DNA of 63,278 nucleotides, the filler included, from Actinomycetota bacterium (GTDB lineage: Bacteria; Actinomycetota; Acidimicrobiia; IMCC26256; VFJJ01), in assembly GCA_009886115.1 (NCBI GenBank). It is 4 parts of 4 records of this genome, joined end to end, with 100 filler letters (N's around TTAATTAATTAA, not from the genome) between each part and the next. Parts side by side here need not be neighbours in the genome. Positions count along the whole stretch, not along the records: positions 1 to 17,373 come from VFJJ01000124.1; positions 17,474 to 28,230 come from VFJJ01000002.1; 2 more parts are not named here. One strand, written 5' to 3'. Below, piece after piece: positions 8,984 through 19,918 of this stretch. Position 1 is the first letter of the stretch. Each line of letters begins with the position of its first letter. The notes below the pieces were generated by a model. It ran no database searches. It saw only the letters and a list, made by a program, of their open reading frames with translations, and was not told the origin of the DNA. A program made the position numbers and the translations under genes.

Positions 8984-10290
8984 GACCGGTCCTGCCCGCG
9001 CTCGACCCTGACCGAGGCGATCCGGAGACCGTCCATCTCGATGACCGTGAGCACGGCGCCGAGTGCGGTCTCGACGACGGCGTCGCCGGCCTCGGGGATG
9101 CGGCCGAGGCGTTCGAGGAGGAAGCCGGCCAGCGTCTCGTAGTCGCCTTCGGGCAGCACCAGCCCGGTGCGCTCGTGCACCTCGTCGGCGTGCGCCCGTC
9201 CCTCGAGGACGACGACGCCGACCTCCCGGTGACCCCGTACCGGAACGACCGGCGGACCGATCGGGTCGTACTCGTCCTCGATCTCGCCGACGATCTCCTC
9301 GAGGATGTCCTCGATGGTCACGATCCCCGCCGTGCCACCGTGCTCGTCGACCACCATGGCCAGGTGCACCCCGGCCCGGCGGAGGTCGGTGAGCAGGCTG
9401 TCGAGCTCGCGGGTCTCGGGGACGACCACCGGCGGCTTCATGATCCGTGTGACGGGGGTGTCGGCCCGATTGCCGGGCGCGATCTCGAGGACGTCCTTGA
9501 CGTGCACGAAACCCACGATGTCGTCGATGTCGTCACCCATGACGGGAAACCGCGAGTGCCCTGTGGCTCGCGACCGCGCCACCAGCTCGGCCACCGACGC
9601 CGTGCCCGACAGCGCGACGACGTCGACCCGCGGGACGAGAACGTCGAGGGCGCTCTTGCCTGCAAAGCGCACGGCGCGGGTGAGCATCCGCACCTCGTCC
9701 TCGGCCAGGTCGAGCTGCTCGGCCGAGCTGCGGATCAGGATGCCGAGCTCGGCGAGCGAGCGGACCGAGGCCAGCTCCTCCCTGGACTCCACGTGGAAGA
9801 GGCGCAGCGTGGCCGTCGCCGTACTGTCGAGCATCCGAATCAACGGTCGCAGCGCCGTGCTGAACCAGCGCAGAGGCCCGGCGAACACCTTGGCCGTGGC
9901 CAACGGGTTGGCGATCGCGAAGCTCTTGGGCATCAGCTCGCCGACGACCATCTGGACGACCGCCGCCAGCACCAGGGCCACGGCCACGGAGATCCCTCGC
10001 GTCGAGCTCGCGGGTGCGCCCAGGGCCTCGACGACCGGCTCCACGAGCCGACCGATCGTGGGCTCGGCGATGAAGCCCAGCACGAGTGACGAGACGGTGA
10101 TCCCCACCTGGGCCGCCGAGAGCTGGAACGACAGCTCTCGCAGGGACCGCAGCACCCCGCGGGCCCGCCGGTTCCCCTCGTCGGCCTCCCGTTGGACCTT
10201 GTTCCGGTCGACGGCGACGAGCGCGAACTCGCCGCCGACACATGCCGCGTTCAGCAGGACCAGAAGGAGGACGGCCGAGAGGCCGAGCAC
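8980..10290 (-). CDS. CNNM/hemolysin-family protein (DUF21-CBS-CorC)
   Basis: GEFALV, QVGIT, GELMPK, GHSRFPV, VVDEHGGTAGIVTIEDILEEIVGEIEDEYD; 4-nt overlap with its paralog. Confidence 0.92.
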   Translation of the reverse strand: MLGLSAVLLLVLLNAACVGGEFALVAVDRNKVQREADEGNRRARGVLRSLRELSFQLSAAQVGITVSSLVLGFIAEPTIGRLVEPVVEALGAPASSTRGISVAVALVLAAVVQMVVGELMPKSFAIANPLATAKVFAGPLRWFSTALRPLIRMLDSTATATLRLFHVESREELASVRSLAELGILIRSSAEQLDLAEDEVRMLTRAVRFAGKSALDVLVPRVDVVALSGTASVAELVARSRATGHSRFPVMGDDIDDIVGFVHVKDVLEIAPGNRADTPVTRIMKPPVVVPETRELDSLLTDLRRAGVHLAMVVDEHGGTAGIVTIEDILEEIVGEIEDEYDPIGPPVVPVRGHREVGVVVLEGRAHADEVHERTGLVLPEGDYETLAGFLLERLGRIPEAGDAVVETALGAVLTVIEMDGLRIASVRVERGQDRS

Positions 10291-10311
10291 GGTATCGATA
10301 GGACAGGAAAT

Positions 10312-11475
10312 CTAGGCGTCGGCGGGCACCGCGGTCGGTAACTCCGCATCGCCGGGCACGTGCGCGGGCCGGGACACCGTCCAGCCGAACCGGGGTCGGG
10401 TGCGCCGGAAACGCCGGGCTCCAGGGGTGGGTCGGCTGGTGAGCGCGTGGGCGCGGGCGTCGGCGGCGACACAGGCCCCAGCCCCCACGCCAGCCCCCAT
10501 CCCCGCGGCGTCCTCCCCGTCGAGGCGCTGCTGGATGGCGTCACCGAAGCGGCCACCGAGCAACTCCGTCATGATCGCCGGCATCGCTTCGGCGTCCTTG
10601 AGCATCCAGGAGTGGCGACCTCCGTGGACGATCACCAGATCGCCATCGACGCGGCGGGCGGTGTCGACCGCGGTGCGCACCGGGACCCCGAGATCGCGAC
10701 TCCCATGGAGGACGGCCACGGGCAGACCGGCATCTCGAATCCGATCGAGGACCGCAGCCGAACGTTCCGAACGCCAGAACGACAACCCGGGACCGGCCAG
10801 GCGCCAGGGGTTGCGGACGTTGGCGACCAGCGTCGGAACCAGCTCCCGAGCCAGCGCCGTGGCGTGCCTCCGATCGCGCACGATCGGGAAGGTGGCAACG
10901 AGATCGGCGAGGAGCAGCCCGCCGAGCGCGCCAGCGAGCGGGGGCCACACCCGGGTGGCCGTCACGACCCGGTCCCAGGTGTCGCCGACGATGGCGTCGA
11001 CGAGCACCAGGCCCAGCACCCGTTCGGGTTGCTCGGCCGCCAGCTCGGCCACCAGACGCCCTCCCATCGAGTGTCCCACGAGCACCGCCTGACGGATACC
11101 GAGATGGTCGAGGGTCCGGGCCAGGAGCCGGGCGTACTCCTTGAGCTCGCGGCCGCCCACCGGGAGGATGTCGGTGCCACCGTGCCCGGCCGTGTCGACG
11201 GCCACGACCATGAACCCCTGAGCCACCAGCCGGCTGAGGGTGGCCGCGTAGAGCAGCCCTTCGGCGAGGTACCCGTGCGCGATCACGAGCGGGACGCCCT
11301 CGCCGGCGAGCGAGACGCTCACCTCGTGGCCGTCGTCGAGACGCACCTGGTGGCGGGCCAGGTGCACCTGCGCCACCCACTCCGACCCACCGGCGTCGCG
11401 TCGGGGACCCGGCCGCGACTCACCAGCCAACGCACGCCCCCTCGGTCCGCGGGTCGGTGGCACCCTGATAGCCAC
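10312..11475 (-). CDS. Alpha/beta fold hydrolase (start uncertain)
   Basis: HGY oxyanion motif, GHSMGG nucleophile elbow, HGSRD, GGRHSW. Confidence 0.85.
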   Translation of the reverse strand: MAIRVPPTRGPRGRALAGESRPGPRRDAGGSEWVAQVHLARHQVRLDDGHEVSVSLAGEGVPLVIAHGYLAEGLLYAATLSRLVAQGFMVVAVDTAGHGGTDILPVGGRELKEYARLLARTLDHLGIRQAVLVGHSMGGRLVAELAAEQPERVLGLVLVDAIVGDTWDRVVTATRVWPPLAGALGGLLLADLVATFPIVRDRRHATALARELVPTLVANVRNPWRLAGPGLSFWRSERSAAVLDRIRDAGLPVAVLHGSRDLGVPVRTAVDTARRVDGDLVIVHGGRHSWMLKDAEAMPAIMTELLGGRFGDAIQQRLDGEDAAGMGAGVGAGACVAADARAHALTSRPTPGARRFRRTRPRFGWTVSRPAHVPGDAELPTAVPADA

Positions 11476-13036
11476 CGGCCGGATCGACGACGATCGCGTT
11501 GGCGTTGCCCATCAGCGAGTCGGGCCCGGCGGTCGAATGGACCGTGTGGCCCTTGGCTCGCAGCCCGTCGAGGGTCTCCGCCTCGAACCCGGGCTCGACG
11601 ATCACCTCCCAGCCGAACGGTGACACGAACCAGCGCGGCGCCGCGAGAGCATCACCGACGTCGGCGGCATCGTCGACGAGCCGGGCGAGGAGCTGCACCT
11701 GGGTCTGAGCCTGGCCGTCACCGCCCATCGCTCCGAACGCCATCCAGGGTCGGCCGTCGCGCAGCGCCATCGCCGGGATCAACGTGTGCGGCGGCTGGCG
11801 GCCGGGTCCGACGACCCCGACGGCATCGGGATCGAGCCAGAACCCCGCACCCCGGTTGTGGAGGTTGATCCCCCAGCCGGCAACGGTGATGCCGGAGCCG
11901 AAGCCCCGGTAGTTCGACTCGATCAGGCTCACGATCATCCCATCGGCATCTGCGGCGCACAGGTACACCGTTCCGCCGGGGAGCGGCCGGGCCGGGGCCA
12001 ACCTCGCGGCCCGATCGGGGTCGATGCTCGAGGCCAGGTCGGCGATGTGACGGTCGCCGAGGAGCTCGTCGACAGAGGTTCGCATGTGAGCGGGGTCGGC
12101 CAGATGGGCGCCCCGCTGCGCGAGGACCGCTCGCACCACCTCGATCAGCCGGTGCTGTCGCTCGACATCGTCGGAAGGGAGCGGGCCCAGCGAATCGAGG
12201 ATCAGCGCGGCCTGCAGGACCGCCAGGCCCTGGGTCGGTGGCGGCATCTCGATCACGGTCGTCGCCTCGCGGTAGCGGGCCGAGATCGGTACCCGCCAGC
12301 GGCTCGCACCGAGGCCCTGGCCGAGGTCCTCAACGGTGTGGAGCCCGCCCCCGGCCCGGAGCGTGTCGACGATCGCGGCGGCGATCGGGCCCCGATAGAA
12401 CGGCTCTGGCCCTCGTGCAGCAAGGACTTCCAGCGTACGCGCCAGCGCAGGTTGTGCGAGTCGTTTGCCGGCTGAGGCGTCGCCGTAGACAGCTCGCCAC
12501 TCGTCGGTGACGTGCGCCGAGCCCCGGACCGCGTCGACGCCGACGACGCCGGTCTCCGTCAGCACGAAACCGTCGGCGGCGTACCCGATGGCCGCGTCGG
12601 CCAAGGCGCCGAAGCTCCGGGTGCCGAACCGTTCGAGCAGGCTGAACCAGCCGTCGACCGCGCCGGGCACCGTGACCGTGTGGGGCCCGTACTCGGGGAA
12701 GGGTCGTGTGGCCGGGCCGAGATCGGGCGAGCCCAGGGCGGCGAGCACGGCCTCGCGGGTCGCGGCGGCCGGCGCCCGTCCGGCAGCGTCGAGCGCGTGC
12801 ACCGTGCGACCGTCGTGAACGAGAGCGAACAGGTCACCTCCCACACCGCACGCGTGCGGTGCGACCACGGCCAACACGAGGTTGGCGGCCACGGCGGCGT
12901 CGACGGCGTTGCCGCCGTCCGCCAGAACGGCCGCGCCAGCCTCCGCTGCGAGATGGTGCGGCGCGGCGACGCAACCGTTCGGGAACCGAGCGGTTCCGGT
13001 CGCGGCGACGATCGGGGTCGGCTCGAGCCCGGTCAT
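11420..13036 (-). CDS. ggt: Gamma-glutamyltransferase family protein
   Basis: GGNAVDAAVA, GVGGDLF, TVPGAVDGW, GGTVYL autoprocessing Thr, NRGAGF, GAMGGDGQ.Q, DPRTEG. Confidence 0.9.
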   Translation of the reverse strand: MTGLEPTPIVAATGTARFPNGCVAAPHHLAAEAGAAVLADGGNAVDAAVAANLVLAVVAPHACGVGGDLFALVHDGRTVHALDAAGRAPAAATREAVLAALGSPDLGPATRPFPEYGPHTVTVPGAVDGWFSLLERFGTRSFGALADAAIGYAADGFVLTETGVVGVDAVRGSAHVTDEWRAVYGDASAGKRLAQPALARTLEVLAARGPEPFYRGPIAAAIVDTLRAGGGLHTVEDLGQGLGASRWRVPISARYREATTVIEMPPPTQGLAVLQAALILDSLGPLPSDDVERQHRLIEVVRAVLAQRGAHLADPAHMRTSVDELLGDRHIADLASSIDPDRAARLAPARPLPGGTVYLCAADADGMIVSLIESNYRGFGSGITVAGWGINLHNRGAGFWLDPDAVGVVGPGRQPPHTLIPAMALRDGRPWMAFGAMGGDGQAQTQVQLLARLVDDAADVGDALAAPRWFVSPFGWEVIVEPGFEAETLDGLRAKGHTVHSTAGPDSLMGNANAIVVDPAGGYQGATDPRTEGACVGW

Positions 13037-13560
13037 GCTCCGACGCGGCTGAGCGTCGCTGTGAGGTGACCCTGGAGCGGCAGGCCGACAGCCGCCATCG
13101 CCAGGGTGTACCGCAGCTCGTCGCCGTCGAGGGTGAGCTCGCGAACGACGTCGGTGACCACCTTGGCCGACGGGGTGCAGGTGATCGTGGCGACGCTTCG
13201 CAGCACGCCGTCGCGCCACGACGCCGAGCCCAGCTCCAGATGCCCCGTCGGCATGCTCAGCACCAGCTCGACGGGTAGACCGGTGTGCGGCCCGGAAGCC
13301 GGGTGGGGGCCGGGCTGGGGTCGCAGATACCCGGTCTCGGCGTGCAGCGGCCGCCCGGCCGGCCCGGCATCGCTGGCATCGAGCGCCCACGTGCGTTGGC
13401 TGTACGCCAGGAACGGCTTGCCGTTGTGCGCGAACGCGATCTCCTCGCCGTACCCGAAGCTCGGGATCGTGGGGTAGACACCGGCCCCCTCGCCCCGCCA
13501 GGTGCCGACCAGGCCGGCGAGCGGCGCGCACAGGACATGGAGGGCCGGGGGCGCGCTCAT
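13033..13560 (-). CDS. Nitrobindin / FABP-like heme-binding protein (DUF1794)
   Basis: LVGTWRGEGAGVYPTI..F.YGEE, KPFLAYSQRTW, PLHAETGY, C-terminal H..ATL.R. Confidence 0.88.
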   Translation of the reverse strand: MSAPPALHVLCAPLAGLVGTWRGEGAGVYPTIPSFGYGEEIAFAHNGKPFLAYSQRTWALDASDAGPAGRPLHAETGYLRPQPGPHPASGPHTGLPVELVLSMPTGHLELGSASWRDGVLRSVATITCTPSAKVVTDVVRELTLDGDELRYTLAMAAVGLPLQGHLTATLSRVGA

Positions 13561-13617
13561 GCGCCAGAAGGTAGCGCTGCCACCCCACCCAGCGCGGGAC
13601 ACCAGCGAGGCGACGGC

Positions 13618-14019
13618 TCAGCTGGGGCGGGCGAAGAGCTCGAGCGCGATGTTGTCGGGGTCGCGAAACGCCAGCACGTGGCCGTATTGCACGTCCTGCA
13701 CCGGCGTGTGCTCGACCCCCAGGGCGTCGAGTCGGGCCTGCCAGGCGACGAGCCCGGCCCGGTCGGCGACGAGGAACGAGAGGTGGTCGAGTCCGGTGCG
13801 GCGCTCGTCGAAGAGGTCACGCGGCGAACGCGGGTGACACCCCAGGCAGAAGGTCATCCGGGTCGCCGGGTGCTGCATCAGGACCATCGTGTGCCCGTTG
13901 TCCTCGAGCTCCTCGAGGATCGCGAAGCCGAGTACCTCGTGGTACCAGCGAGCCGACCCCCTCGGGTTGCGCACCGTCAGGTCGACGTGGGCGATCCCGA
14001 GGAGCTCAGGGCTGTTCAT
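13618..14019 (-). CDS. VOC/glyoxalase family protein
   Basis: HVDLTV, GLDHLSF, FRDPDNIALE. Confidence 0.9.
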   Translation of the reverse strand: MNSPELLGIAHVDLTVRNPRGSARWYHEVLGFAILEELEDNGHTMVLMQHPATRMTFCLGCHPRSPRDLFDERRTGLDHLSFLVADRAGLVAWQARLDALGVEHTPVQDVQYGHVLAFRDPDNIALELFARPS

Positions 14020-14076
14020 CGCGCAACCCCGGAGCCGAATCGGCGCACGACCGGTGTGGCCGGGGTGACGAGCCGG

Positions 14077-15042
14077 TCAGCCTCGCGCCCTGATGGCCTC
14101 GATCAGCTTGGGCAACACCTTGTGCACGTCACCCACGATGCCGAGGTCGGCCACGGAGAAGATGGGGGCCTCGCCGTCCTTGTTGATGGCGATGATGTTG
14201 TCGGAGCTCTTCATGCCCACCATGTGCTGGGTGGCGCCGGAGATGCCACAGGCGATGTAGAGCTTGGGCTTGACGACCTTGCCGGTCTGGCCGACCTGCT
14301 TGGAATACGGCACCCAGCCGGCGTCGACGATCGCACGCGACGCCCCGCTGGCGCCCTTGAGCAGCTTGGCCAGATCCTCGACCATCGCGTAGCCCTCGGC
14401 CGACCCGAGACCACGGCCGCCCGACACCACGATCGTGGCATCCTCGAGCTTGGGGCCTTCCTGGGCCTCGACGTGGCGCTCGGTGACCCGCGTGTCGCCC
14501 GCCCGACCGGTGTCGACGGCTGCGACGGTCACCACGGCAGCGGCTGCACCGCCAACCGGCTCGGCGGTGAACGACTTGGGCCGGGCCATGGCCAGCTTCG
14601 TGCCGGCCCCGGTGAGCGCGGTGTCGATCAGCGTATTGCCGCCGAAGATCGCCGTGCCCACGACCACGGTGTCGCCGTCGAGCGTGAGGTCGGTGGCGTT
14701 CGTGACGACGTTGGCGTCGAGCCGAACCGAGAGGTGGGCACAGACGTCACGGCCTTCGTACGACTGGGCGAACAGCACGAGGTCGGGCCGGTGCTCGGCG
14801 ACGGCGGCGGCCAGCGCGGCCGCGACGGGTGCGCCGGCGAGGGTGTCACCCAGCTCGAGCTGATAGAGCGTCGATGCTCCGAACTCGCCCAGCGCCGCGG
14901 CCAGGTCGGGGCCACCGGGGCCGGACACGAAGGCCTCGACGGTCGAGCCGAGCTCGCGGGCCTTGGTGAGCAACTCGAGGGTTGCGCTCGTGGGCACGCC
15001 GGCGACAGCTTCGGCGTAGACCCAGACCTTGGAGAGTGCCAT
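14077..15042 (-). CDS. etfA: Electron transfer flavoprotein alpha subunit
   Basis: [38 protein letters not shown]. Confidence 0.95.
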   Translation of the reverse strand: MALSKVWVYAEAVAGVPTSATLELLTKARELGSTVEAFVSGPGGPDLAAALGEFGASTLYQLELGDTLAGAPVAAALAAAVAEHRPDLVLFAQSYEGRDVCAHLSVRLDANVVTNATDLTLDGDTVVVGTAIFGGNTLIDTALTGAGTKLAMARPKSFTAEPVGGAAAAVVTVAAVDTGRAGDTRVTERHVEAQEGPKLEDATIVVSGGRGLGSAEGYAMVEDLAKLLKGASGASRAIVDAGWVPYSKQVGQTGKVVKPKLYIACGISGATQHMVGMKSSDNIIAINKDGEAPIFSVADLGIVGDVHKVLPKLIEAIRARG

Positions 15043-15083
15043 GGTGTTCTCTCTTCTCTCGTTCCGACGGGCCCGTGGGCCGC

Positions 15084-15866
15084 TCAGATGACCTTGAGCG
15101 ATTCGAGGAAGGCCACGACGCGCTCGTGCGCGGTGCCGTCGTCCTCGAACTTCTCGCCTGCCTGACGGGCGGGGGCCGCAGCCACGTTCACGATGTCCTG
15201 GCCCGAGCCGGCCCAGCCCGCGGCCCCGACCTCGATACCCAGATCGGCGGCCGTGCACTTGTCGACCGGCTTGTTCTTGGCGCCCATGATGCCCTTGAAG
15301 GACGGGTAGCGGGGCTCGACGACGCCCGCGGTCACCGACACCACGGCGGGGAGGGACGACTCGACGGTGTCGTAGCCGGCCTCGGTCTGGCGCGAGATGG
15401 TGACGGCTGCGCCAGAGATCTCGATCTTCTTGGCGAAGGTGAGCGCCGGCCAGCCGAGCAGCTCGGCGACGGCCGCCGGGACGATGCCGGTGTAGCCGTC
15501 GGTCGACTCGGTCGCGGCGAGCACCAGGTCGATGCTCCCCGCCCGCTCGACGGCCCGGGCGATGACCTTGGCCGTCGTGAGCGCGCCCGAGCCGGCCAGG
15601 GCCGGGTCGGAGACGAGCACGGCGCGGGCCGCGCCCATGGCCAGGGCGGTGCGCAGACCCGACACCTCGTCGTTGGGTGCCATGGAGATGAGCACGACCT
15701 CACCCCCTCCGGCGGCCTCGACGAGCTGGAGGGCCATCTCGACCCCATAGCTGTCGGACTCGTCGAGGATGAGCTTCCCATCTCGCTTGAGCTGCCTGGT
15801 GCTGGCGTCGAGAGCGCCGGGCAGGGCGGGGTCGGGAATCTGCTTCACGCAGACGGCGACGTTCAT
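15084..15866 (-). CDS. etfB: Electron transfer flavoprotein beta subunit
   Basis: [27 protein letters not shown]; directly upstream of etfA. Confidence 0.95.
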   Translation of the reverse strand: MNVAVCVKQIPDPALPGALDASTRQLKRDGKLILDESDSYGVEMALQLVEAAGGGEVVLISMAPNDEVSGLRTALAMGAARAVLVSDPALAGSGALTTAKVIARAVERAGSIDLVLAATESTDGYTGIVPAAVAELLGWPALTFAKKIEISGAAVTISRQTEAGYDTVESSLPAVVSVTAGVVEPRYPSFKGIMGAKNKPVDKCTAADLGIEVGAAGWAGSGQDIVNVAAAPARQAGEKFEDDGTAHERVVAFLESLKVI

Positions 15867-15978
15867 GCTGCTCCCGGGGAGGATCGCCCGCGCCGATGCT
15901 CGGCGCGGGCAGGTTTGGGTCGAGAGATCATGCCGCAGGGCCCGTCGCAGCCACGAAACCGGGCCGGTCCCGTCACGA

Positions 15979-17202
15979 TCACAGGCGGACACCTGATCCG
16001 GACATGGCGCCGCGTCGCCACCGACGGGGCGTGAGCAGCAACCCACGCGGGTAGTCCTCCCACATCCACCGGGCGAAGCTGCGCCGGGTCCAGTCGGTGC
16101 TGTCGACGAGGCGCAGCGACATCCGCGACAGGCGCGGTCGCTGCATCACCGCTGCGAGCCCCCGGGCGAAGCGCTGGTCGACGGCCAGGTCGCGCGCGAC
16201 GCGATGCTCGTAGTCGTCGGTCACGGTGCTCGGCGACGCGCTGCGGCCCCCGGCGATCACTGCCCGCGCGGCCCACGTACCGGTCTCGAGCGCCTGCGCA
16301 ATGCCTTCACCGGTGAGCGGATCGCCGGCCGCCGCCGCGTCGCCCACGAACAGCACCCGCCCGGCTGTGAGGGGCCGGCGGTCGAGGCGGGCCGGGATGG
16401 GCCAGGCCCGGTGGTCGTCGAGCGGACGGGCGTCACCGAGGATCGACCGTACGACCGGGGCCGCGAGCAGCTCGGGCCAGAGTCGCGCGAGGTACCTGGT
16501 CGTGACGCCGGGACGCCGGTGCACCCCGAAGCCCACGTTGGCCAGACCCCCGGCCAACGGGAACACCCAGAGGTAGCCGGGGAGGAGGTCGTCGATGAAT
16601 ACCACGTGTAGGCGCGTGTCGTGAAATCCGTGGAAATACTGGCGAAACGCGTGCATCTCACCGAGATACGTTGGGGTGGCCGCCGGTGTCGGAGCATCCA
16701 GGCTCTTGCGCACGCTCGACCACATCCCGTCGGCGGCGACCAGGAACCGGGCTGCGACCTCTCGTCCGTCGGCCAGCTCGCTCACGACGAGACCGGCCTC
16801 GTGACGCACACCGGTCACGCCGCAGCCTTCGACGACGTCGGCTCCCTCGACCCGAGCCCGGGCCACGAGCGCAGCGTCGAGGTCGCGGCGCATGACGGTT
16901 GCCGCGAACAACCCGTCGGCCGGAAGCGGGAGCACGACGCGCCGACCGTCGGGACCCGTCAGCACGGTCTCGCGGATGGGCAACCACGACGCCAGGCCGG
17001 TCGGCTCGAACCCCAGCGATGCCAAGGTGCGCAAGGCTCCGACGGTGAGACCGTCGCCGCAGGTCTTGTCCCGCGGGAAGGCGGCCTTGTCGAAGACCTG
17101 AACGCGCAGCCCGGCCCGGGCGCCTTCGATCGCGGCGGCACAACCGGCCGGCCCGGCCCCCACCACCACCAGATCGACCTGTTCGCTCACACCGCCGGAC
17201 AT
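15979..17202 (-). CDS. Geranylgeranyl reductase family FAD oxidoreductase (MenJ-like)
   Basis: VVGAGPAG, FPRDKTCGDG, ADG, GYLWVFP, VGDAA..DPLTGEGIAQA. Confidence 0.88.
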   Translation of the reverse strand: MSGGVSEQVDLVVVGAGPAGCAAAIEGARAGLRVQVFDKAAFPRDKTCGDGLTVGALRTLASLGFEPTGLASWLPIRETVLTGPDGRRVVLPLPADGLFAATVMRRDLDAALVARARVEGADVVEGCGVTGVRHEAGLVVSELADGREVAARFLVAADGMWSSVRKSLDAPTPAATPTYLGEMHAFRQYFHGFHDTRLHVVFIDDLLPGYLWVFPLAGGLANVGFGVHRRPGVTTRYLARLWPELLAAPVVRSILGDARPLDDHRAWPIPARLDRRPLTAGRVLFVGDAAAAGDPLTGEGIAQALETGTWAARAVIAGGRSASPSTVTDDYEHRVARDLAVDQRFARGLAAVMQRPRLSRMSLRLVDSTDWTRRSFARWMWEDYPRGLLLTPRRWRRGAMSGSGVRL

Positions 17203-17373
17203 GGCGCCGACGGTAGCGGGCACGCTCGCCCGACGGGCAATGGCCGACCGGCAATTCCCGACGCGCCTGACCGACGAGCACCGCGTCCAGGGGGCCTGGG
17301 CGACGAGCACCGCGTCCAGGGCTACAGGTACATCCCGGGAGCGGTCGAGGCCGCACCTTCGTTGGCCAGACGC

Positions 17374-17473
17374 NNNNNNNNNNNNNNNNNNNNNNNNNNN
17401 NNNNNNNNNNNNNNNNNTTAATTAATTAANNNNNNNNNNNNNNNNNNNNNNNNNNNNNNNNNNNNNNNNNNNN
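17374..17473. other. Artificial contig linker
   Basis: N runs around TTAATTAATTAA (stops in six frames). Confidence 0.99.
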
Positions 17474-18923
17474 CGACGGCGGAACCACCTGGGGCCGAAC
17501 CACCACGCTCACCCCGACGCCCACCAACTCCGACTGGCTGGTGCAGGCCTCCCAGGGCCGGTTCCTCACCGACTACAACTCGGTGCTGTTCCCGGGGACG
17601 GGCCCCGGTCCGGCACCCCGGGCGCTGACGGCGTTCCCCTTCGCCTTGGCCGCGCCGACGGCCTCGGGGGTGCTCTCGCAGCACATGTACGTCATCTCCG
17701 TGCCCGTCACGGGCCTGGCGCCGGCCCCGCCCTCCGGGGTCACGGCGGCGGCGAGCGTGACCGCGGGCGTCGGGCAGGCGACGATCTCGTTCACACCGGG
17801 CGCCGACAGCGGTATCAACCCCACGTTCTTGGTGCGCGAGGTCGCCCCCGTCGCCGGCGCCCACACGGCGATCGGCGGGGCCTCGCCGCTCGTGGTCGGC
17901 GCGCTGGCCAACAACACGGCGTACCGGTTCGAGGTGACGGCATCGAACCACGCCGGGACGAGCGCTCCGGTCACGGTGAACGTCTCGGTGGGGAGCCCGC
18001 CGTCGACGACCACGACCGTTCCCACGACCGTTCCCACGACGGCCACGACGTCCACGACGTCCACGACGTCCACGACGTCCACGACGGCCGCCACCCCGCC
18101 GTCGACCTCGACGACGACCATCGCGCCACTGGTCCCGATCGCGGCGACCGGCTACTGGATGCTCGGGTCCGACGGGCTCGTCTACCCGTTCGGCGCGGCC
18201 GGGAACCCCGGCGACGCCTCCCTCGCCATCGGAGCGGGATTCGCCAGCGGCCTGCGCGCCGTCGATCTGGAGCCCAGCAGGGATCGGGCCGGGTACTGGA
18301 TCGTCGACAACCGCGGGACGGTGCACGCGCGCGGCACCGCCCGCGGCGACCTGGGCGGCGCCGGTCTCACGAGCGCCCAACTCGCCACGGGTGAACAGGT
18401 GACGGCGCTGTCGGGCACTCCCACGGGCGACGGCTACTGGATCTTCACCAACCGGGGACGGGCGATCCCCAAGGGCGACGCCCGGCACTTCGGCGACATG
18501 TCGGGGACGCCGCTCAACGGGCCGGTGCTCGACTCCATCCCCACGCCGAGCGGCAACGGGTACTACATGGTCGGTTCCGACGGCGGGATCTTCGCGTTCG
18601 GCGACGCCGCCTTCCTCGGGTCGATGGGCGGGCAACGGCTCAACCAGCCCGTCCAATCGCTCGTCCCCACGGTAACGAACCGGGGCTACTGGCTCGTGGC
18701 GTCCGACGGCGGCATCTTCGCCTTCGGTGACGCCGTGTTCAGGGGCTCGATGGGCTCGGTTCGGCTCAACCGGCCCGTCACGGGCATGGTGCGCTTCGGC
18801 AACGGTTACCTGATGGTGGGCGAGGACGGCGGGATCTTCAGCTTCTCCGACCGACCCTTCCTCGGGTCCCTCGGCGACCTGGTGATCCCCAACCCCATCG
18901 CGGCCGTCGCCGCCTTCGGCTGA
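17474..18923 (+). CDS. Surface/secreted protein, 5'-partial: FN3-like domain, Thr-rich linker, C-terminal GYW.V.SDGGIFAFGDA repeats
   Basis: LANNTAYRFEVTASN (FN3-like), TTSTTS linker, repeated GYWLVASDGGIFAFGDA..GSMG units. Confidence 0.82.
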
Positions 18924-18993
18924 GGCTCAGGGCTCAGGGCTCAGGGCTCAGGGCTCAGGGCTCAGGGCTCAGGGCTCAGAGCTCAGGGCTCAG
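18924..18993. repeat. Heptamer tandem repeat (GGCTCAG) x ~10
   Basis: Directly visible between convergent stop codons. Confidence 0.95.
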
Positions 18994-18997
18994 AGCC

Positions 18998-19918
18998 TCA
19001 GCGACACGCCAGGAGGCGTTCGACGGTCTCGGCGTAGCCCTCGGTGTGGCCTCGATCGGTGATCTCGACGCGGGCCCCGCCGGCCTGGGCCCGTGCGACG
19101 AGAGCGGCCAGGGTGGGGTCGTGCTCGATCCCGTTGCGCATCACGAAGCACCGACCAACCTCGGGCCAGCACTCGAAATCGCTCACGGCATCGCCGATCA
19201 TGGCCGTCTCTTCCAGGGCCAGGCCCCGGTAGGCCCGGTCGGCGGCGATGGCCGCCCGCTTGGAGATGCCGAGCGGGTTGAGATGCCAGACCCGCACGTG
19301 CTCGAAGCCGGGAACGGTGTGCGCCTGCTTCGGGATGTGCCCGTTCTCGGCGTACTCGGCCCACTCGAAGCCGTGCTCGTCGAGCCAGGCCCGCACCGCG
19401 GCGTAGGGAGCCTCGCCCCGGACCATGACCGAGTGGTCACGTCCCCGGTTCCACGGCGCATGCTCCTCGAGCAGCGGACCGAACTGCGCGACCAGGCCGC
19501 GCATGGCCGGCACGAGAGCCTCGGCGGCCGTCCCCGGACCGGGGAATCTTCCGGGGTCGGTGACGATCGTCCGTCCAGCCTCGTAGACCCGGACCGCGCC
19601 GAGCTCACCGAACCAGGTCGACAGCCCGAGGATGCGCGACACCTCGTCGAGCCCGAAGCGGCTCCTACCCGACAGGGCGACGATCTCCAGGCCCGAACGG
19701 TGCGCCTGGAAGATGGCGCTCGCGGCCGAGAGCGTGTGGGAGCCGTCGCTGGCGGCGAACAGGCTCCCCATCGGGCCCACGAGCGTGCCGTCGATGTCGG
19801 TGTACAGGACGCGGATGCGCGCTTCCCGCCGCCTGCCGTCGGGAGGAACGCCGTCGGGAGGGGGATCGGCGTCGGGCGGCGGATCGCCGCTGGGCGGGCC
19901 CTCAGGCGGTGAGCTCAC
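18998..19918 (-). CDS. HAD-IIB phosphatase, probable glucosyl-3-phosphoglycerate phosphatase
   Basis: YTDIDGTL motif I, SGR motif II, SK, IGDAVSD motif IV; overlaps gpgS. Confidence 0.78.
   Translation of the reverse strand: MSSPPEGPPSGDPPPDADPPPDGVPPDGRRREARIRVLYTDIDGTLVGPMGSLFAASDGSHTLSAASAIFQAHRSGLEIVALSGRSRFGLDEVSRILGLSTWFGELGAVRVYEAGRTIVTDPGRFPGPGTAAEALVPAMRGLVAQFGPLLEEHAPWNRGRDHSVMVRGEAPYAAVRAWLDEHGFEWAEYAENGHIPKQAHTVPGFEHVRVWHLNPLGISKRAAIAADRAYRGLALEETAMIGDAVSDFECWPEVGRCFVMRNGIEHDPTLAALVARAQAGGARVEITDRGHTEGYAETVERLLACR

Noticed and set aside
7529..10290. Tandem CNNM/hemolysin paralogs
   Set aside because: A common paired arrangement in Actinobacteria; not toxins and not novel.
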